From the NCBI GenBank assembly GCA_050952625.1, contig JBMNLH010000001.1, positions 448,001 through 512,000 of the forward strand: 64,000 bases of DNA. Direction: 5' to 3'. Source of the stretch: Bacillota bacterium (GTDB lineage Bacteria; Bacillota; Ch66; Ch109). The translations under genes were made by a program, and so were the position numbers. The stretch's first letter is position 1. Every line of letters begins with the position of its first letter. This document shows, piece by piece, positions 20,375-28,290 of the stretch. The notes below the pieces were generated by a model, which saw only the letters and a list, made by a program, of their open reading frames with translations, did no database searches and was not told the origin of the DNA.

Positions 20375-20918
20375 CTATTAGCTCAAATTCCCAGGCGCAC
20401 CAGATTCCGGGCGGAGTCTCGTCAGGTGGACAGCAGAGACAAGTCGTCTTGAATCGGCTATCTATCGTAGAGGCAAACGAAGAGTATTCGCAGTATCCGG
20501 GTGATTTGCAGGGATGGGGAGGCAAACCAGCTCTTCGCCGTCCTTCTTGTTGCCGACATTCATTCATTTGAAAGACTACTTTGTTTTCGGCAATCTGAAA
20601 AACTTTTTGTTTATTCACACTGGCGTAGGGACGAAATCTAAAAGCCTGGATTAGGGCTGGAATCCCCCCGTTTTCTGGGAGAGACAGCCTTTTTTTGATT
20701 CGGTTGGCTTCGATTACCGGATAACGACACCAGACTTCTTCGTCCATTTGCATGGCTGCTTCAAGACCATAGGCTCTTTCAACCGCCTGAAACCAGAGTC
20801 CATCAATCGCGGCCCAGTTCTTAGCAATATCGGTAATGTAATCAAGGAGCTCTTCCCTCGTAAGATCAGTAATTTCTTTAATCTGAGGATTTTTTAGCAC
20901 AATAACGTTCTTGTTCAA
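20361..20918 (-). CDS. DUF6125-like Cys-containing protein
   Basis: NWAAIDGLWFQAVE, ECRQQ..R, HPCK, CLCCPPD..WCAWEF pattern; AAGGAG RBS, TTG start. Confidence 0.75.
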   Translation of the reverse strand: MNKNVIVLKNPQIKEITDLTREELLDYITDIAKNWAAIDGLWFQAVERAYGLEAAMQMDEEVWCRYPVIEANRIKKRLSLPENGGIPALIQAFRFRPYASVNKQKVFQIAENKVVFQMNECRQQEGRRRAGLPPHPCKSPGYCEYSSFASTIDSRFKTTCLCCPPDETPPGIWCAWEFELIDEEQ

Positions 20919-20950
20919 AAAGCATGCTCCTTTCTTTTATAAGCTTTTAT

Positions 20951-21061
20951 CTGAATCAAAAGACTCCCACTTCTATAAGTGGGGGTTACCTTGTTGAGGT
21001 TCCAGATTGAATAAAGCCTCCATCTGAAGCCTTGATGTTCAGCGAAGCTGAACCAATTCAC
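20951..21061 (+). mobile_element. Non-autonomous IS200/IS605-like palindromic element, copy 3
   Basis: Preceded by TTTAT; CTCCCACTTCTATAAGTGGGGG hairpin; GTTCAGCGAAGCTGAAC hairpin; ends TTCAC. Confidence 0.7.
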
Positions 21062-21138
21062 TGAGATATCTTTTGAAAGAAAGTCTCTTCCAAAGTCCCT
21101 TATATAAGGTCTTTCACTTAAGGTCTTTATTGAATTGT

Positions 21139-21155
21139 TGCAAAATTTATGCCCA
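21139..21155 (-). promoter_or_regulatory. sigma54 -24/-12 promoter for the DUF6125-MBL genes
   Basis: Minus strand TGGGCATAAATTTTGCA = GG-N10-GC. Confidence 0.6.
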
Positions 21156-21282
21156 TAAACCACTCATGCCTTTTAGGCACAACTCTCCGCTCCGCCCAGA
21201 ATTATCATGCGTTAACCGCACCACGATAAACAAATAATGATTATATTCAGAGCAATGACAGTTGTTACGTTGTATTTTTCTG

Positions 21283-21362
21283 CTAACCGCCCATGCCCGC
21301 AGGGCACAACCACCAACGAAAATAACACAAACAACAATATGCGTGTTATTTACTTAACTAAC
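21283..21362 (-). repeat. ~80-bp double-hairpin repeat, copy 2 (inverted)
   Basis: Reverse-complement similarity to 17895-17972. Confidence 0.8.
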
Positions 21363-21381
21363 ACTGTCGCTATTGTCAAGT

Positions 21382-21397
21382 TGGCATGAATCCTGCA
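21382..21397 (+). promoter_or_regulatory. sigma54 -24/-12 promoter for the NifX-like/Mrp genes
   Basis: TGGCATGAATCCTGCA = GG-N10-GC. Confidence 0.7.
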
Positions 21398-21492
21398 ATA
21401 AAGATGATGAGTGGACTTATCATTTAACTTTTAAATCTATATGAGTGTAGTAAAAGGGAAGGCGAACAAACGATTAAAGATATCAATGCTGG

Positions 21493-21813
21493 GTGATACT
21501 TATGATAATTGGCATTGCCAAGCATCAGGAATTTATAGCCTCACGTTTTGATTGTGCCGAGGAATTCTTGATTATCGAGCTCCAGAATTCACAAATAACC
21601 AAACAGTTCATTCTGCAGTGTCTAGATAAAAACCTGCTGCGCAAGGCTCTTTTAATGTTTCAGTCATCAGTTAATATTATTATTTGTGGTAGTATTGACA
21701 GTTTTTCTTTAAGGCTTTTAGAGGATCATAAGATTACCGTTATTTCTGGGCAACATGGTCAACTACAAGATTTTTTGGACCGGTGGTTAAAGCAATTAGG
21801 GGGCGGGTCTTGA
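21493..21813 (+). CDS. NifB/NifX-family (FeMo-cofactor-binding-like) protein
   Basis: IASRFDCAEEFLI, VNIIICGSI, KITVISG pattern; about 105 aa. Confidence 0.75.
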   Translation: MILMIIGIAKHQEFIASRFDCAEEFLIIELQNSQITKQFILQCLDKNLLRKALLMFQSSVNIIICGSIDSFSLRLLEDHKITVISGQHGQLQDFLDRWLKQLGGGS

Positions 21814-21859
21814 AAAACATTGTTGGTTAAGCTAGAGTTTACCATAAAGTTAACTATTG

Positions 21860-21937
21860 GTTAGCAAGAAAATAACACTTTTATTTTCGTTTGTGTTATT
21901 ATCTTGGTGGTTGTGCCTTGCGAGCATAGGTGGTTAA
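21860..21937 (+). repeat. ~80-bp double-hairpin repeat, copy 3
   Basis: GTTAGCAAGAAAATAACAC..GTGTTATT..GGTGGTTGTGCCTTGCGAGCATAGG. Confidence 0.78.
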
Positions 21938-21977
21938 CTAGAATAATTGATGACAAAGATCAGGAGGGATTAACCCG

Positions 21978-22836
21978 GTGAACTGTAAGCCGAATGAATG
22001 CAACACTTGTCAATCTACGACTTGTGGAGAAAAGAAACCAAATGGCAATCAACAGCAGTCAGGGATTGAAAGACTCGCCACTCACCGAATGAATACGATT
22101 AATCATGTTTTGGCCGTAATGAGCGGTAAAGGAGGGGTTGGGAAATCTTCCGTCACCGCTTTGCTGGCTTCAGAATTGAGCCGCCACGGCTTTAAAGTAG
22201 GGATCCTGGATGCTGACGTGACTGGGGCCTAGTATCCCTAAGATGTTTGGGATAAAAGAAAGGCCGAAGGCAGATCGGAACGGCATATATCCTCCGGCTT
22301 CAAATAGTGGGATTAAGGTTATGTCAGTTAATCTTTTGCTGGAAAAAGAAGATGATCCAGTAATTTGGCGGGGTCCGGTCATTGCCGGGGCAGTACGCCA
22401 ATTCTGGTCCGAAGTAATTTGGGGAAAACTAGATTTTCTTCTGGTGGATTTGCCACCGGGGACCGGGGATAGTCCGCTTACCGTAATGCAATCTCTTCCG
22501 GTTAATGGTGTGGTAATCGTCTCCTCCCCCCAGGACTTGGCCCATATGGTAGTCCGAAAAGCAATCAAGATGGTTAAAAAGCTCGACATCCCGATTTTTG
22601 GCATTGTCGAAAACATGAGCTATTTGCAATGCCCTCATTGCCAAGAAGCAATAGAGATCTTTGGCTCTCGAACCGAGGCACAGGATAACCCGGAGATACC
22701 GATATTGGGCGAAGCACCGCTTGATCCAGCCCTTAGTCGAATGTGCGATGAAGGAGTCGTGGAGTTTTATACCAGTCAGTGGATTACCAAAATCGCCGAA
22801 GGGATACTAGCGAAAACGATAAAAGGGAAGAATTAA
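21978..22836 (+). CDS. Mrp/NBP35 Fe-S carrier ATPase, split by a +1 G at 22224-22227 (probable sequencing error)
   Basis: SGKGGVGKS; removing one G restores [14 protein letters not shown]; [21 protein letters not shown]. Confidence 0.88.
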
Positions 22837-22846
22837 CGCCATTAAG

Positions 22847-22884
22847 TTGCAGAGATGCAAGTAGTGCGATTGCAGCAATTGCAT
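22847..22884. promoter_or_regulatory. Candidate sigma54 enhancer (TTGCA-N4-TGCAA plus a second TTGCA-N5-TGCA)
   Basis: TTGCAGAGATGCAA...TTGCAGCAATTGCA about 175 bp upstream of the sigma54 promoter at 23034. Confidence 0.5.
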
Positions 22885-22944
22885 TGTTGAACATTTATAG
22901 GTTCTCGTTTAACCGACATTTAGTTTGTAAATAGTTTTGTATCG

Positions 22945-22972
22945 TGTCATTCTGAGCGAAGCGAAGAATTCT
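22945..22972. repeat. Single REP-like motif
   Basis: TGTCATTCTGAGCGAAGCGAAGAATTCT resembles a widespread extragenic palindrome; only one copy in the window. Confidence 0.45.
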
Positions 22973-23033
22973 TGGTTATATTCATTAAACAGATTTACAT
23001 TTACAAAAGGATTTTCGATACAGTAGCTAATTT

Positions 23034-23049
23034 TGGCGCGGTTTTTGCA
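23034..23049 (+). promoter_or_regulatory. Near-consensus sigma54 promoter
   Basis: TGGCGCGGTTTTTGCA. Confidence 0.75.
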
Positions 23050-23059
23050 TTTAAAATGA

Positions 23060-23342
23060 CGCATTGGATAAAAATCAATTTATTGTAAGATGCCTAAATG
23101 GTAGCCGGAAAGATCTGAATTGTTGCGAATCAGTTATTACGAGTCATTATTGAAAGAAAGTAAGCTTGCCCAATGATGTGTTTGGCGGCCACATCCTGGG
23201 AAGTTATATGGTTGACTGTAGGGTAAATTTCTAAAGGTGTACTGTTATCCTCCAAGCACTTGTGTAAGCCACCCCAGTATCTCTGGTAAAGGCAAAAACC
23301 TGACCAGGCAGAGTCCCCCAATAAGGGGGATTTTGCATTTTG
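23060..23342 (+). ncRNA. Candidate sigma54-dependent non-coding RNA
   Basis: Lies between the sigma54 promoter and terminator hairpin GCAGAGTCCCCC-AATAA-GGGGGATTTTGC; no credible plus-strand ORF; several internal hairpins. Confidence 0.35.
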
Positions 23343-23523
23343 TATGCATGCTGAAAAAAGGGTTTATAATGCTAAAAAACGCAGGAATTTTAGACTTTAC
23401 GTCGAATTAAAAACGTTAGTAAAGATACCAAACAAAGGAAAATAACAATAAGGTGGTGAGGTTAAAGTAAAAAATGTATAATGTATCTAGATTATTCCGA
23501 ATATTTAAAAAGCTGGGAGGATT

Positions 23524-24363
23524 GTGATGAAGAGAAATTGGGTTAATAAAGGCATTATCGTACTTATGGTTTTAACTATGCTCCTTTCCTTTACTGTTAC
23601 TGCCTATGCAGAGTATAAAGCAATGGATTTTCTCCTGGATTCACCAGCTGCCATAGTACCGTCGGACAACTCACCAACGATTTTTATTAATGGAGTTCAG
23701 TTAGTTTCTGACCAACCAGCTATAATTGAGAATGATCGAGCTCTTGTTCCTTTAAGAGCAATTTTTGAGGCTTTAGGTCAAGAGGTAGAGTGGGATCCAA
23801 ATGATCAGTCAATCACTTCCGGAGATATTTGGCTGCAAATCAATAACCCTCAGGCAATTGGGCCCAATAATACAATGATTACCCTGGATGTACCGGCGAA
23901 GATTATTAACGATCGGACCTATGTGCCGCTGCGTTTTATTGCTGAGAGTTTGAATAAAAGAGTCGAGTGGGATGGGGTTGCGTACCGGGCGGACATTCTT
24001 GACCAAGCTGACCTTCCCGAATATCAGGTTAATCCACCTGCCGATCCATTTGCTCCGTCCATGGATTTTGAATTAACCGAGGTTGACTACGCAGATGGCC
24101 AACTGATAGCAGCCTGTACCTTCACCAATACCGGGGATGTCTTTATTTCCACTGTTAAGCGAGTAGATGTGGCAGTATTCGCGGTATATGATGATGGAGA
24201 TTCGATAGAGGCCGCAAACACATATTTTACTGATCTTGTCGTAAACATTGGCCCGGGTGAATCCGTTGAGTATACCCTGGAGATTACCGATGTACCAGAG
24301 TATGATGATGCTACCAACTGGGGGCTTGAATTAAGCGGTTGGGAGTTAGAGTACGTTAGTTAG
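23524..24363 (+). CDS. Secreted protein with copper amine oxidase-like N-terminal (stalk) domain
   Basis: Signal peptide; two RALVPLRAIFEALG / RTYVPLRFIAESL..VEWD repeats; acidic Ig-like C-terminus. Confidence 0.85.
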   Translation: MMKRNWVNKGIIVLMVLTMLLSFTVTAYAEYKAMDFLLDSPAAIVPSDNSPTIFINGVQLVSDQPAIIENDRALVPLRAIFEALGQEVEWDPNDQSITSGDIWLQINNPQAIGPNNTMITLDVPAKIINDRTYVPLRFIAESLNKRVEWDGVAYRADILDQADLPEYQVNPPADPFAPSMDFELTEVDYADGQLIAACTFTNTGDVFISTVKRVDVAVFAVYDDGDSIEAANTYFTDLVVNIGPGESVEYTLEITDVPEYDDATNWGLELSGWELEYVS

Positions 24364-24417
24364 TCTTATGGGAAATAAATTGAAAATTGGAATGATAACG
24401 TAATAATTGGTAACATT

Positions 24418-24453
24418 AAATGAAGCCTCCGCCGTCAGTTGGAGGCTTCATTT
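24418..24453 (+). terminator. Intrinsic terminator
   Basis: AAATGAAGCCTCC..GGAGGCTTCATTT inverted repeat. Confidence 0.75.
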
Positions 24454-24511
24454 ATGGCTAGTTCCGATGGTGTCGCATTATCCTAAAACATCCAGCTGTT
24501 TGTTGCAGCTT

Positions 24512-24555
24512 TGAAACACAAATGAAACAGCTCTGAAATATGTTGTTATTATAAT
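24512..24555 (+). promoter_or_regulatory. Direct-repeat operator (TGAAAC, 11-bp period) plus -10 box
   Basis: TGAAAC 24512, TGAAAC 24523, TGAAAT 24534; TATAAT 24550. Confidence 0.5.
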
Positions 24556-24583
24556 GTATTTACAAGTGCTTTACTTTTGAAGG

Positions 24584-25585
24584 GTGTATAAGGTGCGAAA
24601 ACTTGTAAATACATTATTAATAGTCTGCATAGCTATTTTTGCAACCGTTTATGCAAGTGCCACGGAAATTTTAGATTTGAGTAGTATTTCTCACCTTTCT
24701 GGCATTTTAGAAATGGGTGATGAACAAATGAATATTGAAGAAAAAGCGACATCTGGTGACGCAGGTTCTAAAACGAGAGCAATAGAAGGACCCGACCAGT
24801 CGGTTAAGTCCTCGGTAACTGATCCGGAACAGACTGAGCCAGCCCAACAGACTATGCCTGAACTAGGCTTACCTGATTCTAATTCAAACCCAGATTCAAA
24901 CTTAAACCCGGACTCAAACCTAAACCTAAACTCAAACCCAAACCTAAACCCACCGGTTTCCGATCAACCGGCAGTAGGGTCGGAAAAACCGGCAAGCATT
25001 CAAAAGATTACAAAATATCTAGATCTACTAGTCCTAGTAAATAAAGCCAATATTTTGCCGGCAGATTTTGTTCCGCCCGATTTAGTTAAACCGGATATCC
25101 CTTTTTGTTTTCAAGAGGATTTACCCAAAAAGTATCTGCGTCGAGAAGCAGCCCAGGCTATCAGTCGACTGATTAGTCAGGCCCAAAGGGAAAATATTCA
25201 AATCTATGGTGCTTCTGCCTACCGCTCTTATCAAACCCAAAAAGATATTTTTACCCGTAAAGCGAGAGAGCTAGGTGAAAAAGAAGCCAACCGTTTGAGT
25301 GCCTATCCGGGACAAAGTGAGCACCAAACCGGGCTGGCGATTGATCTAACTAGTTCTCGCGTCGGCTTTAAATTAACCCAGGATTTCGGCTCTACCCCGG
25401 AAGGCAGATGGTTAAGCCAAAATGCCGCTTACTTCGGTTTTATTATCCGCTATCCGGCCGGCAAGGAACACATCACCGGCTATAGTTATGAACCATGGCA
25501 TTTACGATATGTAGGTGTGGAAGCTGCTCAAGTCATCGCTGATAAAAAAATAACCCTGGAGGAATACTTGAGAAACTATCGCTAG
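24584..25585 (+). CDS. M15-family D-Ala-D-Ala carboxypeptidase (VanY-like) with a low-complexity N/P/S/D linker
   Basis: LVNK, SAYRSY, SAYPGQSEHQTGLAID, YEPWHLRYVG. Confidence 0.92.
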   Translation: MYKVRKLVNTLLIVCIAIFATVYASATEILDLSSISHLSGILEMGDEQMNIEEKATSGDAGSKTRAIEGPDQSVKSSVTDPEQTEPAQQTMPELGLPDSNSNPDSNLNPDSNLNLNSNPNLNPPVSDQPAVGSEKPASIQKITKYLDLLVLVNKANILPADFVPPDLVKPDIPFCFQEDLPKKYLRREAAQAISRLISQAQRENIQIYGASAYRSYQTQKDIFTRKARELGEKEANRLSAYPGQSEHQTGLAIDLTSSRVGFKLTQDFGSTPEGRWLSQNAAYFGFIIRYPAGKEHITGYSYEPWHLRYVGVEAAQVIADKKITLEEYLRNYR

Positions 25586-25627
25586 TTGGAAAGGCTGCCG
25601 ATAGTTGCTACTTTCATTCAGAAGTCC

Positions 25628-25963
25628 TTACTCTTCACCGAATTGGTAACCAAAACCGTAGATTGTGAGGATATAGCGAGGCTGACGCGGGTCTTCCTCC
25701 ACTTTTTGCCGTAATCGAGTAATGTAAATATCTACGGCCCGACTATTGCCGGTGTAATTGTAACCCCAGGCCAGAACAATCAATTCTTCTCGGCTGAGTA
25801 CCTGGCCGGGATGGCGGGCAAGTGCTTCTAATAGCTGGTATTCCCTGGGGGTCAGGGAAATCGGCTCTTCTTTTTTATATACCTTTTTGTTCTTCGAATT
25901 GATGGTTAAATCCTGATATTTGATGATCTGGCTGATATTTGACGTAAAATCAAATTGACGCAA
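25628..25963 (-). CDS. Stand-alone OmpR-type winged-helix DNA-binding protein (no receiver domain)
   Basis: LTPREYQLL, GQVLSREEL, RAVDIYITRLRQK, ILTIYGFGY; GGGAG RBS, TTG start. Confidence 0.85.
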   Translation of the reverse strand: MRQFDFTSNISQIIKYQDLTINSKNKKVYKKEEPISLTPREYQLLEALARHPGQVLSREELIVLAWGYNYTGNSRAVDIYITRLRQKVEEDPRQPRYILTIYGFGYQFGEE

Positions 25964-26130
25964 AAGAAGTCACTCCCATATTAAGCTGCTACTTTAGTAT
26001 ATTAGTTTTCCCAAACGGGTTAAAAAATAGATGAAAACTCCTTTTCCGGACAGGCTTAATCAGAAGGCAATTAGAATAGTATAAAACAAATACTATGATA
26101 CAAATACGATCTGGGAAAGGGTGTTTAGGC

Positions 26131-26760
26131 GTGAGTAACTTTCCTGGTAAACCAGTACAGATTATGACTAAGAAGTTGGTCAATCCAAGAAAGAAAACAG
26201 AAATTTTCTACCCAACAATCACCAATCTGGCCGATCCGGCCGGGCAGCAGAGAATGAATAAGGCAATTATCAATAGCGTCTACAAACTCCTGACTGAGCA
26301 GCATTATTATGAGATAGAGAATTGGCATAATATTGACGGTTGGTTTGAACTGAAAACGAATCAGCGAGAGGTGTTGAGCCTAATCAATTACAACTATGCT
26401 TTCCCAGCCCAGTATGCCCATGGGTTAACTTTAGCCGCTTCCTTAACTTTTGATACACAAACCGGGCAAGATTACTCCTTGAGTCAACTATTTAAAGCGC
26501 AAAGTAATTATGTAGCCATCTTATCTGACTTGATTAAACGGCAAATAAGGCAAAGAGAGATCTCGTTAATTAATGAATTTATCGCGATTAAACCAGATCA
26601 GGATTACTATATTGCGGATAAGTGCCTAGTGGTGTATTTTCAAATTTATGAATACACTGCCTATGTTGAGGGATTCCAATTCTTTCCGATCTCAGTTTAT
26701 GAAATTGCCAGTATAATTGAAGAAGAGAGCCCGTTGGGCCGGATGATTCCAGATTATTAG
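26131..26760 (+). CDS. DUF3298/DUF4163-domain protein
   Basis: YP.I, VLSL, AHGLT, LTFD..TG..Y.L..LF, YFQIYE pattern. Confidence 0.75.
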   Translation: MSNFPGKPVQIMTKKLVNPRKKTEIFYPTITNLADPAGQQRMNKAIINSVYKLLTEQHYYEIENWHNIDGWFELKTNQREVLSLINYNYAFPAQYAHGLTLAASLTFDTQTGQDYSLSQLFKAQSNYVAILSDLIKRQIRQREISLINEFIAIKPDQDYYIADKCLVVYFQIYEYTAYVEGFQFFPISVYEIASIIEEESPLGRMIPDY

Positions 26761-26817
26761 GTTTCAGCCTAAGCCTGACTTAGAAGCTAAGCAACGCGGC
26801 GAGTTAGAAATTTAGGG

Positions 26818-27093
26818 TTGACAATGACCGTTAACTGTGGTTAAATTAATTCCAAACTAGATTGTATACATCTGTTCATTAAATCACTTTAAATCACTTT
26901 AGTAGAGAGTAGGCAGGTCAGAAAGGTTATGCAGGATATGTAGGATGGGAGTTTAGTCTAAGACAAATCAAAAGTAGGATGGTTAGGACGGTAGGAAATA
27001 AGGATGCCACATATTCCCTGGTTTTCCCTGTGCTTTTTTAAGAGGGGAACGGGAAATTTGGCGATTCTTAAAACTCCTAGGGGAGTTTTTTTT
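26818..27093 (+). promoter_or_regulatory. sigmaA promoter and long leader with a terminator upstream of the TRAP operon (candidate attenuator)
   Basis: TTGACA at 26818; TTGTATACAT box at 26862; AGGA/NAG-rich tract 26900-27006; terminator AAAACTCC-TAGG-GGAGTTTTTTTT at 27070-27093. Confidence 0.55.
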
Positions 27094-27136
27094 ATTGTCC
27101 TGATTAGCTGATACCACAGAATTAGGAGGGACAAAA

Positions 27137-28216
27137 ATGAGGGGTTTATTAGGTAAAAGGAAAAAAGTGAGCGGGTTAGGCAAGGCAGTTTTGGTTGTGG
27201 TTGCACTAACGATGTTAGGTGCCTTGGCCGGGTGCGGCGGATCAGCCGGGAATAACGAAGGGCAAGTGGTAGAGCTTAGACTGGCCCATTTCTTCCCCAG
27301 TACTCACCCGGCTGAAGAGGAGCTAATCAAACCCTGGGCAAAAGCGATTGAAGAAGCCACTAACGGCAAGGTACATATAACCAGTTACCCGGGCGAAACC
27401 TTGCTGCCAGCGAATGGGATCTATGACGGCGTAGTTAATGGCATTGCCGATATCGGTTTATCTTGTTTTTCGTACACTAGAGGCCAATTCCCCGTTTTAG
27501 AGGCTTTCGAGCTACCCGGAATCATCTATAAAAACTCAAAGGTGGCCAGTAAAGTCGCTTGGGAAGGCATCCAACAACTTAACCCCAAAGAGGTGCAGAA
27601 CACCAAGTTAATGATGGTCTTGACTACCGGTTCGGGTGACTTATTCACCAAATCACCAGTCCGCAACCTGAACGATTTGCGGGGCTTAGAAGTTAGAGCC
27701 ACTGGATTGAGCGCCAAAACGCTGCAGCAATTAGGGGCGACTCCGGTCGCGATGTCCCAGGCTGAGGCCTATGAAGCTTTATCCAAGGGTGTGGTTAACG
27801 GCAATCTTGGGCCGATCGAGATCTTACAGGGCTGGCGGCAGGCGGAAGTAACTAAGTTTATCACCAAAACCCCGTTCTTATATAACACTCTATTTTTTGT
27901 AACCATGAATCTAGATAAGTGGAATTCCCTGGACCCGGAAACACAGCGGGCCATCGAAACGGTTAATGCCAAGTTTTTTGAAGAGGTCGCAATTGGGTTG
28001 TGGGATAAACAAAACGAAGCAGCTTTAAAATGGGCGACTGAACAAAATGGAATGCAAGTTATCGATTTGACCCCGGCCGAGACCGAGCTTTGGATCAACC
28101 GCGTTAAACCAATCCAGGATGAATTCGTGAATAACCTGAACCAACAAGGATTGAACGGCCAGGAGGCCCTGGACACGGTAAAGCAGTTAGCGGACAAATA
28201 TAACCAGCTTTATTAG
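27137..28216 (+). CDS. TRAP transporter substrate-binding lipoprotein (DctP family)
   Basis: Lipobox LAGC; LRLAHF, VNGIADIG, DLRGLEVR, LGATPV, EAYEALSKGVV. Confidence 0.92.
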   Translation: MRGLLGKRKKVSGLGKAVLVVVALTMLGALAGCGGSAGNNEGQVVELRLAHFFPSTHPAEEELIKPWAKAIEEATNGKVHITSYPGETLLPANGIYDGVVNGIADIGLSCFSYTRGQFPVLEAFELPGIIYKNSKVASKVAWEGIQQLNPKEVQNTKLMMVLTTGSGDLFTKSPVRNLNDLRGLEVRATGLSAKTLQQLGATPVAMSQAEAYEALSKGVVNGNLGPIEILQGWRQAEVTKFITKTPFLYNTLFFVTMNLDKWNSLDPETQRAIETVNAKFFEEVAIGLWDKQNEAALKWATEQNGMQVIDLTPAETELWINRVKPIQDEFVNNLNQQGLNGQEALDTVKQLADKYNQLY

Positions 28217-28290
28217 CTCAATAAGACAAACAAGGTTAAAGCCAGTTATTTTGTTATCGCTAATTATGCGGAGAATGGGGAGGGTTAAGC

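Noticed and set aside
20915-21163. ORFs 20915-21163 and 5461-5853 sharing SFAEH.GFRWRL
   Set aside because: The similarity comes from reading through copies of the non-coding mini-element, not from a protein family.
17895-21937. ~80-bp repeats as integron attC sites
   Set aside because: They start and end with GTT in the same orientation rather than RYYYAAC...GTTRRRY, alternate in orientation, and no integron integrase is present.
22230-22232. TAG in the Mrp gene as pyrrolysine/readthrough
   Set aside because: The downstream part is in a different frame; deleting one G restores the conserved DADVTGPSIP motif.
23284-23336. c-di-GMP-I riboswitch (AAAGGCAAA)
   Set aside because: Lacks the GAAA tetraloop stem and the downstream GACGCAAAG element.
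26880-27093. T-box riboswitch upstream of the TRAP operon
   Set aside because: No GGTGGNACCGCG T-box motif or recognisable stem I; kept only as an unexplained attenuator-like leader.
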